A DNA stretch of 64,000 nt from the human T2T-CHM13v2.0 reference genome, Homo sapiens. The notes under the pieces are model-generated. The model did no database searches. It saw nothing but the letters and a program-made list of their open reading frames with translations, and was not told the origin of the DNA. Positions 1 to 15,100 of this stretch are shown here, in pieces. Where the stretch lies: the NCBI RefSeq assembly GCF_009914755.1, contig NC_060931.1; one strand, written 5' to 3'. Position numbers and translations under genes: made by a program. The number at the start of each line of letters is the position of its first letter. Position 1 is the stretch's first letter.

Positions 1-672
1 GGCTTTATGTTGGCCAAAAATAACATACTATCCAGTGGGAAGATAAGTACAACAACTTCCTCATGACCAGCTGTTCACTTATGCAACTGCAGCACAAGCG
101 CAGCCTCCTATCAATGTGATAAAAGAATAAACTAGGGACAAATTTTGGTATTCACATATTACCACAGATGTCTATCTCCTCTATCTTATGTTGACATCCG
201 TGATGGCCTTTCTGAATAACTCAGGGCATCAGAGGGTTGCTCTCTCCTGCAAGCCAAGATAACGTTGGCAAACACATCTGTATAATGTGTGCACTGGGCA
301 CATTTCCTTGTTGAATTATTCAATTAAATCTGATAATGAGAGCACATTGACATAGTTAAACACTCAGGTGAATAAAAGATTCACTTTGAAGTGCAGAAAT
401 TTCTGGAGTCATCTGTATGTTAACAAGTGATGATACTCGCTACCACCATCCAGGGAGGGAGAAACTTTAGAAAAGGTAAGCTACAGTTGGGCATGCTGGA
501 GGCTTTTTCTGGCATGATTTCAAGGAGATGAAAGGTGGAGGCAGTTTCCAGTGTTCATTTGAGCCATTGATCTTTTTAGAATAAATGAATTGAATTTTAA
601 GAGACAGAAAAATACGACTCAGTTCATAAGTGAATCTTATTCTCCTGAACTCTAATGGGACATAGAAAGATG

Positions 673-788
673 AACACTAGCATAGATATCAACACATCTG
701 ATATCTATCTTCCCTCTGCAAAGCCCTTCAACACTAGCATAGATATCAACACATCTGATATCTATCTTCCCTCTGCAAAGCCCTTCAA
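673..788. repeat. Perfect 57-bp tandem duplication; each unit contains a 10-bp inverted repeat
   Basis: aacactagcatagatatcaacacatctgatatctatcttccctctgcaaagcccttc is identical at 673-729 and 730-786. Confidence 0.97.
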
Positions 789-1064
789 GCACAAACTTAC
801 AAAAACTTCAGATTTTCTCATCTCGATTCTCACCCTGTAAAATGGGAGAGTTTGGCTGGTCCCACATAATTACCATGGTACCTATTACAAAGTCCCCATA
901 GAACTTTTTGCAAATAAAAGGGCCCCATCCATAAATGCAAATCTGGGCAGTAGCTGTTATTTAACTATGATGTTTACATTGTGAAACATCTGCCAGTCAC
1001 ACTGGCTGTCTTTAAAGCAGGGCAGCATCACTAACAGTGGTTTGGGACTTGAAAATGCTAGCTT

Positions 1065-1205
1065 GTATTTTCATTAGTTTGCCTCGTCTCTCCAACTACT
1101 CTGTATGCTTCTTACAAATAAAAAACATCTCTTAGTTCTTTTTTAACCTTCATTACTTAGCATAATACAGAAGGCACAAAGCTCATCAATAATTATAAAA
1201 TGAAA
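1065..1205 (+). mobile_element. LINE-2 3' end fragment (degenerate)
   Basis: tctctccaactactctgtatgcttc...cttagcataata...ggcacaaagctcatcaataa resembles the L2 3' terminus. Confidence 0.45.
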
Positions 1206-1355
1206 GTAGTTAATAGCTGACATTTATTGATCCTCTTCCATGTTCCAGACCCTGCATCAGTCATGTTATATACACTGTCTCTAACTAATATAATTGTACA
1301 ATAACCCCAAAAGAAAATATTATCCCAATTTAACAGATCAAGAAATGGAGGGTTC
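1206..1355 (-). mobile_element. MIR SINE fragment
   Basis: aatagctgacatttattga...attatcccaatttaacagatcaagaaatggagg matches the MIR core in reverse orientation. Confidence 0.65.
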
Positions 1356-1357
1356 TA

Positions 1358-1950
1358 GCTGGTGCTGTAAGGCAAGAAAATAAAACCAAAAGGGATAAAA
1401 ATTAAAAAGGAAGAGCCAAAATTACCAGTATTTATAGATATTTGGTTTTATACATTAAAAAATTTAAATAATCTACAGTTACATTATTAGAATTAAAAAG
1501 ATAGCTGTGCAGGTTTTCAAGATAAAAAAAGCAATATACAAAAATCAGTTTTATTTCTGAATGACAAAATATAAAGAGCAAAAGTTAAATAAAGAGAGAA
1601 TTTATAATATTAAAAAATATGAAGTACCAAGGAAAAGATCTGCCAAAAGACATGCCAGACTTCTACAAAGATAATTATAAAACTTCATTAGAAAAAGACA
1701 AAGACCTCAATAAATAATTGATAAATATTCTGTGTTTGTGATTAGAAGACCCAATATTATAAAGAAGTACATTCTCTTCACATTGATCTGTAAATTTAAG
1801 GCAATCCCAATCAAAGTCCCAGCAGGATTTTTGTTAGAACTTAAAAATCTCTTTCTAAAATTTAAATGGAATGACAAAGGGCAGAGAAGACCTACACCAC
1901 CACTCTTGAAGAACAAGCTGGGAGAATTGCTGTATTGGAATTCAAGATTC
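1358..1950 (+). mobile_element. Ancient L1M ORF2 fragment
   Basis: ORF 1732-1968 (LICKFKAIPIKVPAGFLLELKNLFLKFKWN) aligns to L1 ORF2 ([30 protein letters not shown]); A-rich strand bias. Confidence 0.85.
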
Positions 1951-2612
1951 CTATATTGTATTTCCTGACCTATGCAATGACTGCTCAGGTATTTAAAATA
2001 TACATTAAGATATACGTCTATGTTTCTCCATTTTTTCAGAATAGACAATTTTTGTCATGTTACATTTCACAATGAAAGGGATATTTGAAAAAGAAAAAAA
2101 AAAAGGAAAGAAAATGAAGGTCAGAGAGGCTACGGCTATGAGACTAAGCCAAGACCATACTGCTGGTTAAATAAGCATGATCATACATTTAATGAACAAT
2201 ATATGTTTTAAATACTTACTTATATGTTCATGGTTAACAGTTTAGAAAAGCAAGAACCAAAATAAAGTATCACTAGTAATTGTTAATTGTTGACATATTT
2301 TACTGTCCTCATCACTATTTATTCACTGTTCACAGAACACAGAAATCAGTTCAATCACATAAGATGCTTGTCTGCCCTAAATCTTTCTTTCCAAATCCTT
2401 ATATCAGACTTATTAAAGGGAAAATTTTTTGTCAAAGTCTTATGCTTACTTGCCATTGAGATAATGTCTACTCAATCATACCTCTATTTTATACATTATT
2501 TCCCACATTCACTCCAGAAGAAAAATGTAAAAACAAAACTAGGGAGAAAATGTGGAGCAAATGAGAAAACATACCTTTTTGAAACACTAGACCCATCTAA
2601 AAGTAGTAAATA

Positions 2613-3641
2613 GGAGGTGGAGCCAAGATGGCCGAATAGGAACAGCTCTGGTCTACAGCTCCCAGCATGAGCGAGGCAGAAGACAGGTGATTTCTGCATT
2701 TCCATCTGAGGTACCGGGTTCATCTCACTAGGGAGTGCCAGACAGTGGGCGCAGGACACTGGGTGCAGCGCACCGTGCACAAGTTGAAGCAAGGTGAGGC
2801 ATTGCCTCACTCGGGAAGTGCAAGGTGTCAGGGAGTTCCCTTACCTAGTCAAAGAAAGGGGTGACAGATGGCACCTGGAAAATCGGGTCACTCCCACCTG
2901 AATACTGTGCTTTTCCTACAGGCTTAAAAAACGGCGCACCAGGGGATTATATCCCACACCTGACTCGGAGGGTCCTACGCCCACAGAGTCTCACCGATTG
3001 CTAGCACAGCAGTCTGAGATCAAACTGCAAGGCAGCAGTGAGGCTGGGGGAGGGGCGCCCGCCACTGCCCAGGATTGCTTAGGTAAACAAAGCAGCTGGG
3101 AAGCTCAAACTGCGTGGAGCCCACCACAGCTCAAGAAGGCCTGCCTGCCTCCGTAGGCTCCACCTCTGGGGGCAGGGCACAGACAAACAAAAAGACAGCA
3201 GTAACCTCTGCAGACTTAAATGTCCCTGTCTGACAGCTTTGAAGAGAGCAGTGGTTCTCCCAGCACGCAGCTGGAGATCTGAGAACGGGCAGACTGCCTC
3301 CTCAAGTTGGTCCCTGACCCCTGAGTAGCCTAACTGGGAGGCACCCCCCAGTAGGGGCAGACTGACACCTCACATGGCTGGGTACTCCTCTGAGACAAAA
3401 CTTCGAGAGGAACGATCAGACAGCAGCATTCGCGGTTCACGAAAATCCGCTGTTCTGCAGCCACAGCTGCTGGTACCCAGGCAAACAGGGTCTGGAGTGG
3501 ACCACTAGCAAACTCCAACAGACCTGCAGCTGAGGGTCCTGTCTGTTAGAAGGAAAACTAACAAACAGAAACGACATCCACACCAAAAACCCATCTGTAC
3601 GTCGCCATCATCAAAGACCAACAGTAGATAAAACCACAAAG
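2613..3641 (+). promoter_or_regulatory. L1 5'UTR internal promoter (sense and antisense), intact YY1 site
   Basis: YY1 motif aagatggcc at 2625-2633; full-length L1PA 5'UTR with partial CpG decay. Activity is not shown by the sequence. Confidence 0.75.
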
Positions 3642-4639
3642 ATGGGGAAAAAACAGAGCAGAAAAACTGGAAACTCTGAAAAGCAGAGTGCCTCTCCTCC
3701 TACAAAGCAATGGAACAAAGCTGGATGGAGAATGACTTTGACGAGTTGAGAGAAGAAGGCTTCAGATGATCAAACTACTCTGAGCTACAGGAGGAAATTC
3801 AAACCAAAGGCAAAGAAGTTAAAAACTTTGAAAAAAATTTAGACGAATGTATAACTAGAATAACCAATAGAGAGAAGTGCTTAAAGAAGCTGATGGAGCT
3901 GAAAGCCAAGCCTCGAGAACTACATGAAGAATGCAGAAGCCTCAGGAGCCGATGTGATCAACTGGAAGAAAGGGTGTCAGTGATGGAAGATGAAATGAAT
4001 GAAATGAAGCAAGAAGGGAAGTTTAGAGAAAAAAGAATAAAAAGAAACAAACAAAGCCTCCAAGAAATATGGGACTATGTGAAAAGACCAAATCTACGTC
4101 TGATTGGTGTACCTCAAAGTGACAGGGAGAATGGAAGCAACTTGGAAAACACTCTGCAGGATATTATCCAGGAGAACTTCCCCAATCTAGCAAGGCAGGC
4201 CAACATTCAGATTCAGGAAATACAGAGAACACCACAAAGATACTCCTCAAGAAGAGCAACTCCAAGACACATAATTGTCAGATTCACCAAAGTTGAAATG
4301 AAGGAAAAAATGTTAAGGGCAGCCAGAGAGAAAGGTCCGGTTACCTACAACGGGAAGCCCATCAGACTAACAGCAGATCTCTTGGCAGGAACTCTACAAG
4401 CCAGAAGAGAGTGGGGGCCAATATTCAACATTCTGAAAGAAAAGAATTTTCAACCCAGAATTTCATATCCAGCCAAACTAAGCTTCATAAGTGAAGGAGA
4501 AATAAAATACTTTACAGACAAGCAAATGCTGAGAGATTTTGTCACCACCAGGCCTGCCCTAAAAGAGCTCCTGAAGGAAGCACTAAACATGGAAAGGAAC
4601 AACCGGTACTAGCCACTGCAAAATCATGCCAAACTGTAA
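3642..4639 (+). pseudogene. L1 ORF1p (RNA-binding protein), disrupted
   Basis: ATG at 3642 (atggggaaaaaacag). A deletion of about 19 nt near 3707 shifts the frame. ORF 3893-4612 has typical ORF1p sequence (IWDYVKRPNLRLIGVP, YPAKLSF). Premature TAG at 4610-4612. Confidence 0.93.
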
Positions 4640-4702
4640 AGACCATTGAGGCTAGGAAGAAACTGCATCAACTAATGAGCAAAATCACCAGATAACATCA
4701 TA

Positions 4703-8523
<3,821 letters not shown>

Positions 8524-9344
8524 ACAATGGGAACACATGGACACAGGAAGGGGAACATCACACTCTGGGGACTGTTGTGGGGTGGGGCGAGGGGGGAGGG
8601 ATAGCAATGGGAGATATACCTAATGCTAAATGATGAGTTAATGGGTGCAGCACACCAGCATGGCACATGTATACATATGTAACTAACCTGCACATTGTGC
8701 ACATGTACCCTAAAACTTAAAGTATAATAATAAAATAAAAAAATTAAAAAATTTAAAAAAACTAAAAGTTCAATTCTCATAAAAAAAGTCAAATTTTGCT
8801 GTTAAACAAAAAAATAAAAATAAAAGCAGTAAATAAGTGTTTACTTATTCCATTAAGAGGTTAGAAAATAATCATTTTTTGCTTCAAATTGTGAAACGAT
8901 GTTACCTCTAAATTTATATGTTGGGTGTTATTTCTCCACTGACCTCCTCGTGATTTCAACCTGATAATGTGGATGAGTCATTGAGATGAGTTTCCTCCTC
9001 ATATTATCTCATTCCAGATCAGGAAGGACTATTTAGCTAACCACTTTTTTTTTTTTTTTTTACCTCTGAGGAAATTGCAGCCCAGACAGATGAAGTGACC
9101 AGATTGCGGTTGGTCAGCTGGCCAGTGTAGGAGCAGCAATTAGAGACCAGGCTTTCTCTCCATTATCCCAACTCCAGATTTCCAAATTGTACTTTTAAAA
9201 ATCCAGTATCTTTTCCTAATGTAATAATTAAGAAATATCATATAAGCATAAGGAATACGTATTTTTCTTTATTAATTAGCCAGTGACTTGAAGAGCAAGC
9301 CTCTAAAAATAGGTAGTAAGTCTATTAAAAAAAAACCAAAAAAC

Positions 9345-9560
9345 TAACTACTCTGTGTATTCACAGCACCAGGAGCTGGTTTATTTAAAAAAAAAAAATG
9401 CTCACGTTTAGTGTTTTATTTAGTTCTCACTGCAATCTTGTCAGCTGTTGTTATGAAGTTGACTTTATAGATGAGGAAACTTGATCAAAAAGACTAAATT
9501 ATCCAGCTGTTAGATGGCAGATTCAGAACTCAAAAATGGCTTTATAAACTTGACTTTATT
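9345..9560 (-). mobile_element. MIR fragment
   Basis: ctttatagatgaggaaac...gttagatggcagattcagaactcaaa. Confidence 0.55.
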
Positions 9561-9639
9561 GCTTCCCCCATTTCAACACATTTCCTAATTCTTTTCATGA
9601 CAGAGTTCCCCAGCTATCCCCCAGTGGCTTGGAGATTCC

Positions 9640-10135
9640 CATTTCAAGAGTGTAGAGTTCTACCCAGAAGGTGGCTGCGTGGACAGTGACTACATTCTCA
9701 GCTCCATGCCTATTTGGGTGAGGCCCTGTGATGAATGGTCATCAGTGGAATATGAGCAGAAGTGTTATGTGTCAGAAGAAGACATGCCTTCTCCATCCTT
9801 TCTTTTCCCCTACCCTCTGGTTTGTGTTGGTTTCCAGGGTGTCCTTGGGAGGGGTTTGGGCCATAATTTCAAAAGACACAGTGCTAAATACCACAATCCC
9901 AAATGTTGAAATCTGGAAAGATCAAAATCTCTAAAGGAAGGCACACATTTAAGATGGCAAAGCCACTGTGCCTTTGTCCCTAAATAAGAGTGGGGCAACT
10001 GTGCCTTTCACCACTCTGCTGTTAACCAGTTATACACACAATGAACTGTTACGTTAGCAAAAAAAATGTTTCTTGTAAAGGCCACTGAAATTGTGGAGTT
10101 TGTCTGTTACAGTAACTAGCAGTACTCTAACTAAA
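9640..10135 (+). mobile_element. MLT1-family (MaLR) solo LTR, old
   Basis: gactacattctcagctcc...tggaatatgagcagaagtg...gccactgaaattgtggagtttgtctgttacagtaactagc...ctaactaa. Confidence 0.65.
9852..9936 (+). mobile_element. Ricksha-like (MuDR superfamily) DNA transposon terminal fragment nested in MLT1
   Basis: gggtttgggccataatttcaaaagacaca...acaatcccaaatgttgaaatctggaaagatcaaaatctctaaag resembles the Ricksha terminus as I recall it, with its repeated aatccc sub-motifs. Confidence 0.6.
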
Positions 10136-11321
10136 ATGAGCGTCTTTCATAATAGAGATGAGAATTCAGATTTCTACTATTCTCTGACAAATCTCCATAA
10201 CACTTATTTACCAAACCACTGATTTTAATTGTGCTGAACGGAAATGATCATGGAGAGTCACTTTTCCAATGACCTCTCTGTCCCTTGGTTTTCCATTGTT
10301 TAAGGTGAATGATAATTTCTATCTTTTATTTCTATTTGTGGTATCCAAACAAAATCATCATAAAAACTCCATTATGGCATAGTTAATTGTAAAATAAATA
10401 TATATGACCAAAAAAATTAAAAAGACTTCCCTCTTTTAAACCTTTCCAAGCAATTCCCATCTTCAAAGGTAATTTTGAGGAACATGTACTTCTCTGACTG
10501 GGAAGCGGGTGGTGATCTGGAATTAATCAGTGAGGATTTATTGAGTTTCCTAAAGTGTATGACTTACGCATGGGTTTCCCTGCTCGTTGGCAACTCTCAA
10601 AGCCTTAACCCTGAGGATGCTCCCCCAAGAAAACATAGCACCTGTTTTCTGGGCACTGGTTCCAAAACATGGCCTGAAACACTATGCCAAGAGCTCAAAT
10701 CTCTTGTATTTCCCACCACACAGATGGTCTGAGGCCTTCACTCCTCACCCTTCCTGGATGTGGTTGCGCCAGAGGTGAGTAGGAGAAAGAATGCTTTTGA
10801 GAAAGGTACCTTGAGAATTTATCTTGACAACTCCTCCTCATCCTAGGCTTTGCACTTTCTCTGTCCCTGAAACTTCAAGGTGTTGTTCCTCTTAATATTT
10901 CAAGTCTAAACCCTGAATCCAAGACCCGAAAGGAAAGGAAGTTTTGCCCACAAAGCAGCTCCCACAGCAAATGATGAATGCTCCAAGTGCTTTCTGGGGG
11001 GAAAAAAAACGCTGAAACAGAGTTTAGTCACTAGAGTAAATCCCCACAGAAAAAGAAATAAATCTCTGTGACATCTGCTAATGTCTGCCATTTCCTTAAA
11101 CACCTCTACCTGTCCAGTTTCCGTACCTCTTTTCCCCTTTCCCCAATGCTGCTTTTGTTCTGTTTTTGGCCTTCAGGGGATGATTTAGTGAGCAGATGGT
11201 ACCAGGAAAACCAAGGGTATTGCATCCAGCTGTGTGTACACAGATTGGTGAATTCAAGCCTCTGATCTAGGATCTGAAATAAAAATCAGAATAAGCGAAA
11301 AGATGGTTGCTTTTTTTCATG

Positions 11322-11435
11322 CCTTATTTGTTCATTTGCTCAAGAAGCGTTTGCTATTTGCCTATGGTGTTAGTATTGTTTAAGACAATAGAGAAACACA
11401 GATTAAAAAGACACCATCTCTGTTTTTCAGATGCA
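11322..11435 (-). mobile_element. LINE-2 3' fragment
   Basis: ttcatttgctcaagaagcgtttgctatttgcctatggtgttagtattg...agaaacacagattaaaaagaca. Confidence 0.5.
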
Positions 11436-12699
11436 AGTTATGTACTTAAGGACCCCAAAACTATAAAACCAAACCATGAAGAATGAGAGATTTAGCACTA
11501 ATAAAATGGAAAACATTCACACGTTGGAACACATGATACATTTGAGTCAGGAAAAGTGCGCTCTTGTTTTATTTATTTGCTTATTTGTAGGAGGATTTCC
11601 CTGGGATGAATTATGAGAAATATGACATTGGCCTAAAACACCTGGCAAAAGATCCTTGGGCTGCAGGTATTTTGAGTCAGACTCTAAGTATAACCCAAGG
11701 TTCAGATTTGTTCCTCTCAGTTTAAGAGGTGAATGAGGAATATAGAAGAACGCAGTGAAGATTCACAAAGGTGACAAAGGCCTGGAAAAGAAGGCTCTGA
11801 CAGAGCCGATGGAAGCAATAAGAGGTCCCATTATAGCTGAATTTATAATCAGCTCTACCATGGATCAAACCCCAAATAGTCCCAAAGGGACTGTGCAGAC
11901 TAAACTTCCACATAGAACTTCCACTCTTTGGTGGCTATTTTGATGTCAGAATGGGCCTATCCAAAGCTGCCACATGAGTCACCTTGAACTCTGCCTGCTT
12001 TGCATTATTGCCTCTGGATTCTCTTCCCTGGAGTTTCTTCAGGCAGCTGGACTGCATTGTGCCATGACATGCTCCTCATTTTCCCCATAAACATCTCTGA
12101 TTGAAGGCAGATGACACACGACCTTTAGCTCACCCTTAGGAATCTTTGCTAAGCCTGGTTTAGTACAGCTAGGTTGTAGCATGGATGTTATTCCTATCTT
12201 CCAACCTTATGGGTCATGGGTTATATAGAACTCCATCTGTTGTGCATTGCCAGGAAGACCAGAACCAGACTGAAATGGTGTTTAAGTTAAACATCCAGAT
12301 AATTAGACCCTGAACCCAACTATTGAGAAAAACCACACCTTTAGAAGTCTTTACGAACACTATAGACACTCACCTGTCTTAGATACTCAAATACAATTCC
12401 CCATAAAAAAGGATTTCTTGATATTCCCTCCAACACTGTAACTGAATAGCCCAAAAACACAGGTGCTGGCTTTTCTCCTAGTTTTACTTTCTACTTCGTC
12501 CATATGTTTGGAGAGTGTAGGAATAGATGGGATGTAATTAATCTGCAAATAAACCATAGGTATCATATAGCTCTTTCATGGGTCTGGAAAATGTCCCAGT
12601 AATTTTTAAATCTGGTTATCTCTTGCTCCATTTAAATTCATTTAATCAGCTTGATTCTTGTGGCATCCTCTTCTGTGTCTTCCATCATCTTCATCACCA

Positions 12700-12880
12700 T
12701 TCCCATAATCATCACTGAACTATATTGAGTTCTCACTCTATGATAGATTCCATGCCAAAGGCTTTACATATATCATCTCTTATAAACCTCTCAATAACTC
12801 TATTAAGTACATGCTACTATTGTCCCCGTTTCGCATGTGAGGAAATAGACTGGAAGAGATTATGTGACTTATGCACTGGT
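12700..12880 (-). mobile_element. MIR fragment
   Basis: tattgagttctcactctatg...ctattgtccccgtttcgcatgtgaggaaatagac...agattatgtgactt. Confidence 0.65.
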
Positions 12881-13070
12881 AATGATTACATCTATTTTGG
12901 GGACTACCCTAAGGCATCCAATAAGTAACTATTCTTTTGACCTGGGGCCTCATATTTATGGAGTGATTTCTGCATTTCTTAAATTAATTTCAAGTGAATG
13001 AAATATGCTGAGCTCTTTACTCTCAAAGTCTCTATGCTACTCATTCCTCTCTGCTGTTGGTCTACTAGTT

Positions 13071-13122
13071 TAAATATTTCAGTATCTTAATATAGATATA
13101 ATTTATGTTATTGCCACCTACT
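13071..13122 (+). repeat. 52-bp dispersed direct repeat, copy 1
   Basis: 49/52 identical to 14602-14653. Confidence 0.95.
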
Positions 13123-14601
13123 CTTCTCCTCTCTTGTCCTTGCTCTCATCTCTCAGTCTCATCTTTATTCTCACCACCCTCATGTATGAGACTTCTAGGC
13201 ACCTCTCCTTCCACCTTTCTGCTCCCTGCTACTTACACAAGGTACAAAGCACATGACAAGGGTACAGAGGAGCCCTGTCTCATACAGGCCTGTATTACAG
13301 GGGCTTTATTTGCAAGAAGTCTCTTTATGACAAAGAAAGAAACTTTCCTGCTCTCAAAAACTACTGGGCAAGTTTCCAAACTCCCAATGAAGTAATTTAT
13401 TCCACACACACAAAAAAGAAAAGAAACACAACTAACTGTCTCGAGCATTTTATGCACCTGACACCATCACATTAGTGGCATCAGATTACATATTCAGTAA
13501 GGACTTCTACCACATGCTGTTGTAATTAACCACATGGAAATGTGTAGGCCAGGACCCCTCAGTTACATAGTACAACACACAGAGCAGTAAGAACTAAAAA
13601 ATGCCCTTGGAACAGAATGTTATATCTCATTAGGAAATGAAATTGTGACTTTCCTGGGAGTGACAGCTCTGGCAGGAAGGAATGGAGGTCTGGATTTCTA
13701 ATTATCACCAGTATCACTACTCTTTAATCCTCCAGATCTCTGTCAGGTCTTTGATAAAGAATCTCTAAGAAAACGTTGAGATGGTTTCACTGAGGCATGG
13801 CCTAGGGCAGTACCTATAGATTTTTAATGCCTGATCAACCATGAGCACCCACTTGGGAACCCAGTATAGGGAATTCACTAGCTCTTAACCCATACATTGC
13901 ATTGAGACCAAGGGAGGTCCGTCCAGTTATGCCTGTGGTACTTGACCCAAGGCAGCTAAAATAACACCTAGGAATTCTGCTGAAACGATTCTCCCTGCTT
14001 TCAACTTTTCTGAGGACCCTGGCACCCTCAAGCTCTCTGCATGCTGCCAAGGGCTCCCAGCCCTGTCTTCCTTCCCTGCTCAGAGTTAGATATCTGGACC
14101 TACTTCCCTCTCTCTGCTCCTACCACCTCCACCTGTTGAGAGCCTCATTCCTAACAGGTGCTTCTGATTTAGTTTTGGAATTGTTACTATCTGACTAGGA
14201 AAGTAGGAGGTTAAGAGGCATTATTTTCTAACAGATCTTTGCTGTCTTCAATTACAATGGGATATATTAACCAATAACTCTGCTGATTGATATAAGAAAG
14301 TGAAGGAACAAAACAACAATTGAGAAGCCTTATCATGGAATCTTGTGTTCTGACTCCCAATCAGCTGAAGGCTGCAGAGCCCTCAAAATATGTATAATTT
14401 TAGTACTGAGCAAATACCTGTTCTGTGGAAGCATGTATACAATCAATGCCAATTGTTAAATTATAAGTTGAGGAATAGGCATTGGTCACGAAGGTGGTAT
14501 AGAGATGAATGGGCCACTGTCTACAAGTAACACACCCAGAAGCAGAACCAACACCCCTTGGGAAGATTAGCATGGAACATACTCTTTTTCCCATTTGTCA
14601 G

Positions 14602-14653
14602 TAAATATTTAAGTATCTGAATATAGATAGAATTTATGTTATTGCCACCTACT
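14602..14653 (+). repeat. 52-bp dispersed direct repeat, copy 2
   Basis: 49/52 identical to 13071-13122. Confidence 0.95.
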
Positions 14654-14662
14654 ATTATATAC

Positions 14663-15100
14663 TGTGGCAGAGACAGTGCTATGTGCTCGTGAATCCTTAT
14701 TTCTTTTTCTTCTAGGCAAAACTAGACCACATTTTGCAGCTTCCCCTGAAGTTAGTGGAAGCCATATCAATGAGTTCTGGCCAACAGAATGTAGGCAGAG
14801 GTGATGCTAAGGCACTTCTTGACCTAGTCCCTAAACCAACCTCCTGTGTGGTCCTCCATGAGCTCTCTTTCTCCATTTACCAGCCTAATGCAGCAAAGGA
14901 CAAACACTAAACAACAGCAGAGTCATGCTATAAATGGCACCCGAGGCCCTGAATAACTGTGTGGAGAAGAACACACACAACTGCCATTCCTTCCCCTCCT
15001 TACCCTTATTGGACTGTACTGTGAGCAAGAAAGCAACTCTCCTTGTCTCAAACATACCCCAAATATCAGTGGCTTGTTACAACCATTTTCCTGATTAACA
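14663..15100 (+). mobile_element. MLT1 (I/J-like) solo LTR
   Basis: Starts tgtggcaga; contains gagttctggccaacagaatgtaggcagaggtgatg and ggactgtactgtgagcaagaaa; ends ctgattaaca. Confidence 0.75.

Noticed and set aside
655-840. 61-aa ORF with an internal peptide repeat, or a CRISPR-like repeat
   Set aside because: The peptide repeat just reflects the in-frame 57-bp duplication; there are no spacers and no cas genes, and the DNA is eukaryotic
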